DNA of 64,000 nt from Amphiscolops sp. MND2022. Its lineage: Eukaryota. Positions 12,812-23,167 of the stretch are shown here, piece by piece. The notes under the pieces were generated by a model. It was not told the DNA's origin. It worked only from the letters and a program-made list of their open reading frames with translations, and ran no database searches. Location of the stretch: assembly GCA_964187785.1 (NCBI GenBank), contig OZ076409.1, forward strand, positions 24,492,001 through 24,556,000, read 5' to 3'. Positions within the stretch are counted from its first letter, which is position 1. The number at the start of each line of letters is the position of its first letter. The position numbers were made by a program, and so were the translations under genes.

Positions 12812-13127
12812 AAAGGAAAACGAAGAAGCAGCCTGAAAGACAAACTCAATTTGATGAAACTCAATAAACTGCCTCCCCCCTTTTTATTTCTTTGCTTTTA
12901 TTGTCTCGTTGTTTACCCTAATCAATGAGTTAAGTCAGGTAAATACTCATTTTATAGTTTCTTTGGTTGAATTGTGGAAGCCAGATGCGAATTAAGACAT
13001 GTTGACCAGGCTTTCCTAACTTTTCACCCTAGTTTTTGCTTGAAATATTGAGTTGTTTAGTTGAATTTAGGCAATAACTTCTGAATGGAAGCAATGATTA
13101 TTCTAAACGTGACCTTTTAAATCAATG

Positions 13128-13460
13128 AGTATGCGTCACAGTACGAAAATGTGAAAATGAATACACTTCTTTATGCTGTTTGTGATTAATAATTATGCAC
13201 CATTATGCGGAAAATTTCTGACGCATATACTGCAATATGCGGATTTTAACCACCGCTTATGCGGCACCATGCGGAAAACAGTAAATTCCTTGATACGTTG
13301 TCACGGTGATATTTGCACGTCACTATGCGGAAAATCGCCGGCGCTTATGCGTCAATATGCGGTTTCCCGCGTTTTCCATCATACGGTGCTTTACTATTAT
13401 TATATTGTGATTATTCGTTGATATGCGGAAATTTGAGACCGTATATACGTCATTGTGCAG
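13128..13460 (+). repeat. Tandem array of TATGCGG-containing ~31-32-nt units
   Basis: Repeated ATGCGTCA/TATGCGGAAA motifs related to the arrays at 7128 and 10705. Confidence 0.75.
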
Positions 13461-13601
13461 TTTTCCAGGGTTTTTGTCGTAGCTGTACAAAACTTGTTTC
13501 TGCTTGTCATGCAATGTATAATTAGAGTTATAAATAGAATTACGACACATGATGTAATTCTTTTTATAGAATATGAAGACCATGACACCCATAAAAACGG
13601 G

Positions 13602-14456
13602 TGTAATCCCCACCATTTTTTCCTTGTGCTCAGGACCTTAGACCCCAATTATTCTTTGGAATAACTCTCGTTGAAAACAGTTGATAAAACCCACACTCCA
13701 AACCACTGTAAAAGCAGTTTCTCATAACCAACAGTTGTCTCATTTTCCAATTTGCTTTGTTGAAATTCTCAGCTCAATTCAAATTCTTCCCCAGCAAACC
13801 CAACACGTTTTTCACTTGAAAACAATGGGAAATAAGAGAAACAGTTTTTTTGTAGCTCAAGTCCTTGTTTGGTAGAAGCTAATCAACCGCGTTCTGTAGA
13901 CTTTAGATGATCTTGAGATCGCTTTTGGACGGCACCATAGGTAAAAGGTCACTTGGTTTATTGCATTTGGTCACTTGGCCTCAATTTCAAAGCCAGGCGT
14001 CTTGGTGAATGGTCACTTAGCTTCAAACCATTTAGCTGAAAACAACTATTCATCCCTATTCATATGTTCACATACTCTAGTGCTCTGAATGCAAAGGTAG
14101 AGCGATAGCGAGGCCTCAATGTTGCTACTTGGCGAAGAGTGCGAAGCGACCGAGACATACAACAAACATGCTATCCTCATCATATATATTCAAACGTTCC
14201 TTTCTTGAACATTTCGCTAAAATTCATTTCAGTCTTTAAAAAGTCGTTTTTAGGCATTGCTTTAGTCAGAATGGACTTGGCTTAATTTTATGGCCATTTG
14301 GCCTTAAAATATTAGGCCAGATGACACGAGAAAAAACTTAAGCCAAATGACTTCCAGCCCAGTGACTTTTAACCTTCCATAGGGTAGGACCATAGCCTCT
14401 GTTTGGAATAATGTAGCTGAGTTCAGCGTTTTCAGAGAAAAGGCACGGCTCTTACA
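13602..14456 (+). repeat. Candidate 3' LTR (interrupted by a MITE)
   Basis: Begins TGTAA after purine-rich ATAAAAACGGG and ends TTACA (5-bp terminal inverted repeat); partner LTR is outside the window. Confidence 0.45.
13942..14376. mobile_element. MITE with GGTCACTTGG / CCAAATGAC arms and shared core B
   Basis: Imperfect inverted ends; CCATAGG direct repeat at 13935-13941 and 14377-14383; diverged core CATATGTTCACATACTCTAGTGC...GCGAAGCGACCGAG at ~14061-14166. Confidence 0.6.
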
Positions 14457-15034
14457 GTGGCTGGTTGTATCTCCAGTAGCTGTGATCCATCCACTCTTTC
14501 AGAGAACAGATGGAGAGCTGATTCTACAGATCGGATGATGATATCTAGAGATGGCAAGGTACCGGTACGGTCCAAAGGCGGTACTGGTACATACCGGTAC
14601 ATGAACCGGTACTTATGTTTAAAGATAAGACAAAACAGTCATTGTTTCACAATAACGTTTTATTCCAGGTCAGAATCATAATCATGACTCAAGTAATCAT
14701 TACCGTCTTTTGGATCAAGCATTATGTAGTTGGTATAAATGAATACAAGCTTTCAAACGTTTTCATTCAGGAGTCTGTACGCCTCTATGAACTGTTACTA
14801 GGCCTATGACCAATTGGGTAGTCAGTCAACGTATAAATTGATGTTATCATAAATGACGACGCAATAACTATTACATGTGGTAACTACACTGGTACGTGGG
14901 CACTAACTGCGATCTAGATCAAAAGATCGAATCGCACTCCTTTAACTTAGATAAAAATGTCACTTTTCGTAACTAAGGTCTAGAGAATGCCAGCTCCCGA
15001 ATCGTAACCAACTGTGAAGTGATAAAAAGTATAA

Positions 15035-15246
15035 AACGTGCCGCGGATATGTCCCCATTTCCTCTAGTGCCCCGCGTCCCCTTTTGGCTGGTTACGTTCC
15101 CATTTTGCTAAGCGAGGCCGAGCAAGAGCAAAGATCTAGCGGGAAAGGAGGTCGCGAAGCAATCGTAGTGAGAGCTGGGCTTTGTGACGGTGAGGGAGAT
15201 CGTGCATCCACAGCATATGCCCTACATTACGACACTTTGCTTTCAG
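15035..15246 (+). repeat. Dispersed repeat core A (GGATATGTCCCCATTTCCTCTAGTGCCCCGCG...)
   Basis: Homologous to 18110-18325 (-), 21915-22130 (+) and 22615-22830 (+). Confidence 0.85.
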
Positions 15247-15869
15247 AAAAACCATAAGAATTGAATTTCCCTTTTTGTTTGCTTTAATGGTCCAGTACAG
15301 ATGTCCTTCGCCTTTCAGACATTAGTAACGGGGCATGTTTTTTAGATCTTCGATCTTTGGATATATGTAACGAAATTTCTTTGGTCTTATTCCCAAGACC
15401 TTAGTTATGGACCTCCACTTGTATAGGTTTTTTTGGTACCAGTACATGTCCCAGCGCGCTATATGCAAACCTTTGACATTTTAACCGAATTGAATTGCGT
15501 CAAATGGTACCCCTTCACTTTTTCGAACAATTTTTGCTCAGAAATAGGAGGCTATCCGTTTGGGTTTTTCGGGACTCTGTATGAGACTTTTTCTACATAT
15601 TTCTCAAAAATTGTGTCTCTTGATGTTTTGAGTTTTGTACTACTTTACGGGAAAAAATTCATTGGATCAAAGGGTAGCCTTCGAGTTTCATCAAGTGTTT
15701 TTGGCTTGGGAAAAGCTATTAAGCACGCTCCTTTTTCGGCACTAAGACTTGGAAAAGAAATTGCGAGAATTTTGGATGTTTCCAGTCAAAAAAAAGCTGT
15801 TTTCGAGCTTTATGAATATTTCCCTTCGGTATTTTTGCTGCTGTAAATTCGATTAAAATTTCCACAATG

Positions 15870-17230
15870 ATGTGCTTTTGCATATTCAGAAGACTTTGTT
15901 GAACCTAATTGTTGTGATAAACCTAATATTAAATAGTTTCAAATATGCTATGATGAATGATGAATTTGGCAAGTTGAGGACAATTTCTGCATCTTTTTGC
16001 GTAGGTGGTAAGGACTACTATCCACAAGCGGATGTGTTGGTTCATGCATCACCACAAGAATTCAAAGCTTTGAAAGGAAAATTGAGCAAGCACTAACTGA
16101 CGTGTCTTCTGAAATGTCATCTGTTGTCTCATTGTTGATCATCTTTAAAAAAGCTAAGTCCTCCATTACATTGTTTGAATCACAAAACACAAAAATTGAT
16201 GAAGTTAAAGATGTTTTGATAAACAAATTCGAGAATCCATCTTCCCATCCCAAAGCAACGTGCAAAAATGATAACAAATTGACCCTTGACTCTATGTCTA
16301 GAAACTCACTGGAAGAACATGATCATGACGTTATTGCTTCGAAATCTGTTGTTTTTTATAATGTAGTGGAAAGCAATGATGACAATGAAGTGGTTTCTGA
16401 TTTGATTACAATTTTAAAGACACTGCAGAGCTCTGTTAAACTTTCAACTCGACTCGGAAGGAAAAGCGCTGCTATTTCTTTCCCCGTCCACGTCCAATTG
16501 AAGGTCTATTTGGTTCTGAACATGACAAGAGATTCCTCATGGCAAATGCATGTTTTTGAAAAATAGTCTTCTTTTAATGAAACCCAAACTCAAGTGGTCT
16601 AACCGGCAGAAAGAAAAGTCTTTACTGAAGTTACGCTATGATCTTATCCAACATGGCTTTGATAGGAGACTCAGAGTTGACACAGTTTGAATCAGTTTTA
16701 TTATGGAGTTGAAATCAAAGATAGCGATGCTTCTGAGACCATCGCTTCTAAACGCATCTGAATCGTTCGAAAAAGTCAACTTCACAAAGATCTCAGTATT
16801 TTTATAGCCAGTGATTTAAAATGGCCTAATGTACAAATTCAGCTCAACAAATCTCGAAAGGCCTTTTTCTCCCTTGAGTATCGGATTCCTTTCAAAACTC
16901 CCTCAAAAAATGAAGCTGATTTTATACACTTTTATGGTGTTATCCATTCTCCTCTATGGAAGTCCTGATTGGCATCCTGATGTAACGAGGATGAAAGAAA
17001 TGGAAAAATTACAAAAATCCTGCCTCCGTTTGGTCTTTGGTTCTGAATTACAACATGAACAGCAGTTGAAAAGCTATGATATCCTCACCGTGTGTTATCA
17101 AATTGAGCTTCTTACGTTGACAATGGCATCCAAAATGTTTAGTGTATTAGCGGTATTTGCATGACTTTGCTACCCATATTGACTTCCGTGTTCATGATCG
17201 AACCTTGAGAACTCAAGTCATGAGTTTACA
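15870..17230 (+). pseudogene. Internally deleted CR1/L2-like LINE remnant (ORF1 fragment joined to the RT C-terminus)
   Basis: ORF 16102-16566 KSVVFYNVVESND...RLGRK resembles LINE ORF1; ORF 16829-17164 LILYTFMVLSILLYGSPDW..EKLQKSCLR resembles the post-RT region of LINE ORF2. Confidence 0.6.
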
Positions 17231-17930
17231 TAATTGTAACTACCACTCACTGATTCATCAAAATTCCTTTCTCTCCAGCTGCTGAAATGATCATGTAACG
17301 TCAAGCTAGTAGCTACATTCTACAACGGGAACAATGCCCAGGATGCCTAGACAGGAGCCATGGTCCTACAACAACCTGAACACTAGTTTTTTGTCCCTAA
17401 AGGTCTCCTAGGGGACTTTTCCATTGGTCTAAGGAGACTCCTCAAAGGAGAGCTCCGTGGCGACGTGCCGGCACACTCAAAGTCCGGACACGTCCCACAA
17501 GCACGTAAAAACGTTTCCTGAGGTTCCTGCGCCCTCCTACATACTTCCGAGGTCCAAAAATGAGGTCTAGCTGAAATACATTTCATTGAGGGAATAAGCT
17601 CTAAATCCACCAAAATAGGGATCTAGTAGATCCACTATAATTGCAAATCTGTAAACAACATCAAAAACATCAAAACAAACAAACTGGAATTTGTCACATT
17701 CAGGGTTTGTATCCAGTTTTCAGGGTTTTTTGGGTAACCTTCGAAAGATTCTCTTTTCTTCTGGGGCATTTTCTTGGGCCAGATGGCACAAAACCTCGTT
17801 CTTCTGGCAGTTCTCTGCTCTTCTGGGGTCTCTGACACTGTCTCCTGGGATCTCGAGGGTTTTTTGGGGGTTCCGGTGGTTTTTTCGGCCTTTTTCGTCT
17901 TTTTTCTCGCTTTTATGGGGACCTGCTAGG

Positions 17931-18491
17931 GAGTGTACGCCTTTGATCTAATTCATTAGGTCTAATGGAATTAGATCTAACTTTCAGATCTAATTTAGGT
18001 CTAACTTTAGGTCTAATTTTCAGATCTAATTCAGGTCTAACTTTAGGTCTAACTTTCAGATCTAATTTTATCTAAAATACTTAGTCAAACCCCTTTATGA
18101 TCTAATATGTGTTCTGAAAGCGAAAACATAATGTGGGGCATGTGCGATGTATGCACGCTCGCCCTCACCGTCGCAAAGACCAGCTCCCGCTACGATCGCT
18201 TCGCGATCCCCGTTCCCACTAGGTCTTTGCTCCTGTTCGACCTCGCTTAGCAAGATGGGAAAATAGGCGGCCCCAAGTGGCCGCGGGGCACTAGAGGAAA
18301 TGGGGACATATCCGAGGCACGTTTATACTTCATGTCACTTTTTAGTTTTAGATCCTCATTGACTTATTGTTTTTCTCAAATTAGATCAAATTAGAATAGA
18401 TTTTTAGACCTGATTATTTAGATCAATTTTTTATATCTCAGTTTTGCTTCCTGTCTTAGATCTCTTTCATTAGACCTGCTTCCACGCATCT
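17931..18491. mobile_element. MITE (MULE-like) with AGRTCTAA / TTAGAYCT arms, core A, 9-bp TSD
   Basis: CCTGCTAGG at 17922-17930 and 18492-18500; arms built from short repeats in opposite orientation. Confidence 0.8.
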
Positions 18492-18833
18492 CCTGCTAGG
18501 TCGGCCATTTTGAATGATCTTGTTTGATATCGCACATTTTTTGAATTTCAACGAAGTTTTCAAAACTTGATACAATGTCCTTTGTTGGACGTTATATCAA
18601 TTTTCTTCTCACACAAAATCATTACTGGGTTTTTTTTGTTTTCTCTATCAGATATCATGGATCTTCGTCATCAATCAAGTGCCATGTGTATCATCATGTT
18701 GGGGGAGAAGACACATCCGTGGTCTGCAACGAAAGTAGGGAACCCCATACCAGCCACTATACCAATAGACCAGTTACAAAAAAAACAACCAACAAACTAC
18801 TCAAACCAGCCACTATGCAGTCGACCGATGAAG

Positions 18834-21250
18834 TTTTTTTTATAGCTGCTTTGATATAAAATTCAAAAAAATTAGGCTATATGTAATAAATTTCTTCGAA
18901 CGCATCTCTGTCGCTCACAGTTCATAGAACACAGGCCGCATTGCCGATCTGAAGAGCCATTGAAATCCGTTGCTTCAAAAAGCAGCCAGCTCGTTGATCG
19001 TCGTGCGAACGACAGAGCATTTTACAGAGACGCGTGATGAACTTTTCACTGCTCTCGCCTAAAGAACCCTGTATTTCCAAGGCCACTGGCTGAAAAATGT
19101 ATCCATTGTCTATTAATTCGCGATACGTCTCAATTTTACGCGCTTCAGCCTCGGTGGCGGTGGTTCCCCGGTTGCATAAAGAGCCTTGATTCAGGCGACT
19201 GGGTGCAAGAGCATACACAACCGTGACATCCCACACCAGCTGTTTACCCATTTCCCAAGGAATCATGGTAACACCGTCTGGGCGTTTGCCATCAGTTCGG
19301 TACAGTCCACGCGGTTCGAGCATTGAAGGCAAGTCGAGAGATCCCAACGTCTGCTTTATGCGGGAATTGAGAGTAGCATGACGTGAGAAGCGACCAGCAC
19401 TCTTAGTGCAAGAAAGGACGTGTAAACCGTCCCGTTCAACTCTTTTACCACAGTGGCACGTATGCGCAACGCAGATGTTGGCACCGAAACGCAAACCAAT
19501 TGAAATTCGAAGTTGCTGATCACCAAGTTTCAGGCCTAGGTTCTTGCAAGGAACGACGTTCAGCCATTGAGACCCGAATTTGCCTTGATGAGCGTTGAAA
19601 ACTCTCGAACGTTTGTCATCCATTCTAGAAATCAAATCTTGGGCGGTTTTGACGTAGACAGGTTGTGTCCAACTTTTCTGAGTTCCATCGACAGGACTTT
19701 CCTGTTCATTCGTCAAACTCAACCACTTCTCAAGCGCTTTTGTAAACGAAACATCTTCGAATGTTTCCGAGAAAATCATCGTGAGAAAGTCACTCGCACC
19801 AAAAGCTGAGGCCAAAAAGGCGGGAAGTGCTAATAATGATGCGGATGAAACCCCAAGACCACCCATCTCAGCAGGCAGAGCCAGCTGAGTACTCGAAATA
19901 TCGTCGAAGTTCACGTTACACACTTTGGAAAGTCCGTCGCGCACTTTTTGGAAAGTTTTTGGAAAGATGCTAAAACTGTCGATCGTCGTTTATCAGTGAT
20001 GTCACCAGGGAAAAAAATTTCACATTTCGTGTGTTTAATTTTGAGTCCCAACATTCTTTCCGCTTCAACAATTTTTTTGAGATCTTCCAAAACGGTTCGG
20101 TAATCATCACTTAAATTTTCATCGTCAAGGTACCATAAGTTTATTTTCGACTCCAAACTGTCAATCAGATCCTGAATGGAATCCGAAAACAAAGCTGGAG
20201 ACTCAGGATGACCTTGCTGGGTCCCTTCACAAGATTTGATTACTGAATCACCGTAGAAAAGAAAACTTGGCTGACTGTACGCAGAGTTTGAATACTTATA
20301 AACTTCAGGGTGTATTTCAAAAACTTTCTCTAGCATGAATTGCCGGTTTATCGAATTGAAAGCGTTTTCAAAGTCAATTTTCAAAATTACGTTTTCTTTG
20401 GGCTGAGAGCTTTCTATCAAACAACGGAAAACATGTGAGGCCAATTCAGCGCCCCTTTTGGAACCTACACCTACTTGTCGATTTCCATATCTTGTTTGAC
20501 GTGATTCGAAGACATGGTATCCGGCACATTTTGCGGACAATCGGCGGAAAGTATTGCCTACATCGAAGTCTTCCATCGGGCTTTTTTAGCGCAATTAGTT
20601 TCGCACCAAAGAAGTACGGCCGAAGTTCGAAAGGTACTTTTCCTTCAAGAATCACATTCACAAGATTTGCCTACTGCCATTCTGATTCCGGCCTTAACAT
20701 TACCTTCGTCTAATTTAGTGCAAATGGAACGCAGTCGTCGATCTAACTCGCTTTTCTGCTGCGGTTTTCTGTCGCGTTTCGGTTTTTTCTCACTGACACC
20801 ATCCCGAATACGCTTGTTGATAATTGCACTAAGTGATGACCTCTGACGTTTACCTCCTCGAGGTGGTTTTTCCAAAAAATAGCTTAGAGAGGAGAGCAGT
20901 AAGCACCACAAGGCAATATTTGACAGGGTTTCACAAATATCATTAATTTTTGGTATCAAATTTTCAGCTAGGGGGATCCGTGAACTTTTAGGAACTCTTT
21001 TCAAGTGAACAACGCCTGAATTAAAATGGGTGTCTGGTCTAAAGTTATCATCCTGACACTGAGGGATTGTGTTCACTAAAGAACACCTACTACATTTAAA
21101 TTCGGCAAGATTCCGGGCTTCCGTTCTTGATAAATTGGCGCATTTTATGTGAACCCATCCGTTGCAAAGCCTACAATTTATCCAGTCTATCAACCCTGAG
21201 GGCTTCAGACACTTCGGAGCGTTGCAGGTTTCGTTGTTTTTCATCACAAC
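18834..21250 (-). mobile_element. Non-LTR retrotransposon, CRE-like clade (PHD finger - RT - zinc knuckle - restriction-like endonuclease), decayed
   Basis: PHD CNAPKC...WINCRLCNGWVHIKC...FKCSRC; RT LKIDFENAFN, GTQQG, WYLDD; CHC...HVLSC; RPDG...WDVTV endonuclease; reading ends ...FEEIYYI* (TAG 18877-18879) with a short 3' UTR and A-tail at 18834-18841. Confidence 0.85.
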
Positions 21251-21299
21251 TCAATCCCGAAAACCAACCAATTGCAGGAATACCACATTTGGGTGGGTG

Positions 21300-21622
21300 G
21301 GCGGAAGTAGGTCGAAGGAACGGGATCGAAATTAGAGTTGGTCCTCAGGTCGACATACCAAATTTTTGAATGGGATCGAAACAACCCGGATCGAAATTTT
21401 TTTAACGTAGTCAGATATGTTCACATACCCCTAGTGCCCTGAATGCAGGAGCGAAGCGAAGCGGAGCGACGTGCCATATGGCCATGCCTCAATGTTGCTA
21501 CTTGGCGAAGGGAGCGAAGCGACCGAGCCATACAACAAAGACGATAAAATTCGACCGCATTCCATTCGATCCCTGCAATTCGATCAAAAGGTTCGACCTC
21601 TGTCCTTTCGACCAGAAAAATT
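21300..21622. mobile_element. MITE-like element with GGATCGAA / TTCGATCC arms and core B; right arm abuts the next repeat
   Basis: Core B at 21406-21540; inverted short arm motifs on either side. Confidence 0.55.
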
Positions 21623-21623
21623 C

Positions 21624-22967
21624 GGGGTACAAGACATATTGCTTAATTCCATATTGCCTAATGCCATATTGCTTAATGCCATATTGCTTAATTTTGTGGG
21701 GTACAAGACATATTGCTTAATTCCTTATTGCTTAATGCCATATTGTTTAATTTTGTGGACATATTGCTTAATAATTTTTAAGCAATATGGATAATGCCAT
21801 ATTGCTTAAGTTTGTGGACTTATTGCTTAATAATTTTTAAGCAATATGGATGTGTTTTCACATTGAGTATTGAGTGATGAATCGAGTAATGCGTCGGATC
21901 TAAGTGACACTTATAACACGTGCCTCGGATATGTCCCCATTTCCTCTAGTGGCCCGCGGCCCCTTGGGGCCGCTTATATTCCCATCTTGCTAAGCGAGGT
22001 CGAACAGGAGCAAAGACCTAGCGGGAACGGAGATCGCGAAGCGATCGTAGTGGGAGCTGGTCTTTGCGACGGTGAGGGCGAGCGTGCATACATCGCATAT
22101 GCCCCACATTATATTTTCGCTTTCAGAACACGTATTTGATCATAAAGGCGTTAGACCTAATTATTTTAGATGAAATTAGATCTGAAAGTTAGACCTACCG
22201 TTAAATCTAATTCCATACGACACATATCATACTCAGAACACATATTAGATCATAAGACCTATTAGATCATATTAGACCTAAGGTCCATATTGTACTGTAC
22301 TAGGTCCATATTGCTTAAAATGATGTCCATATTGCTTAAAATGATGTCCATATTGCTTAAATTGATGTCCATATTGCTTAAAAAATTTAAGCAATTCGTA
22401 CATGGTCGATTTTTAAGCAATATGGCATTAAGCAATATGACTTGAAGCCATTTTGTGGACATATTGCTGAATAATTTTTAAGCAATATGGATAATGCCAT
22501 ATTGCTTAATTTTGTGGACATATTGCTTAATAATTTTTAAGCAATATGGATGTGTTTTCACATTGAGTAATGAGTGATGAATCGAGTAATGCGTCGGATC
22601 TAAGTGACACTTATAACACGTGCCTCGGATATGTCCCCATTTCCTCTAGTGCCCGCGGCCCCTTGGTGCTGCTTATATTCTCATCTTGCTAAGCGAGGTC
22701 GAACAGGAGCAAAGACCTAGCGGGAACGGAGATCGCGAAGCGATCGTAGTGGGAGCTGGTCTTTGCGACGGTGAGGGCGAGCGTGCATACATCGCATATG
22801 CCCCACATTATATTTTCGCTTTCAGAACACATATTAGATCATAAAGGCGTTAGACCTAAGTATTTTAGATAAAATTAGATCTGAAAGTTAGACGAACCGT
22901 TTAATCTAATTCCATACGACACATATCATACTCAGAACACATATTAGATCATAAGACCTATTAGATC
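21624..22967. repeat. Foldback-like element with CCATATTGCTTAA arm repeats and core A, tandemly duplicated (~700-nt period), running into the gap
   Basis: GTGTTTTCACATTGAGTA at 21852 and 22552; many ATATTGCTTAA / TTAAGCAATAT motifs. Confidence 0.8.
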
Positions 22968-23167
22968 NNNNNNNNNNNNNNNNNNNNNNNNNNNNNNNNN
23001 NNNNNNNNNNNNNNNNNNNNNNNNNNNNNNNNNNNNNNNNNNNNNNNNNNNNNNNNNNNNNNNNNNNNNNNNNNNNNNNNNNNNNNNNNNNNNNNNNNNN
23101 NNNNNNNNNNNNNNNNNNNNNNNNNNNNNNNNNNNNNNNNNNNNNNNNNNNNNNNNNNNNNNNNNNN
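22968..23167. other. Assembly gap (200 N)
   Basis: Run of N. Confidence 1.

Larger units (their letters stand above)
1..14456 (+). mobile_element. Ty3/Gypsy LTR retrotransposon, 5'-truncated by the window edge, decayed, with long 3' accessory region
   Basis: gag-PR-RT-RH-IN order at 1-5750 (Gypsy order); candidate 3' LTR 13602-14456 bounded by TGTAA...TTACA. The gag-pol call is firm; including 5750-14456 in the same element is inference. Confidence 0.65.

Noticed and set aside
14457..14475. GTGGCTGGTTG after the LTR end as a primer-binding site (which would make it a 5' LTR)
   Set aside because: I cannot match it to a tRNA 3' end and no gag follows; treated as flank
17340..17921. GC-richer segment with short ORFs on both strands
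   Set aside because: May be a retroelement remnant, but no diagnostic motif or boundary could be supported
21471..22462. Repetitive ORFs (YCLMP/NAILL, SNMDIIL); likewise WDEIC ORFs at 40336-41027
   Set aside because: Translations of MITE arm repeats
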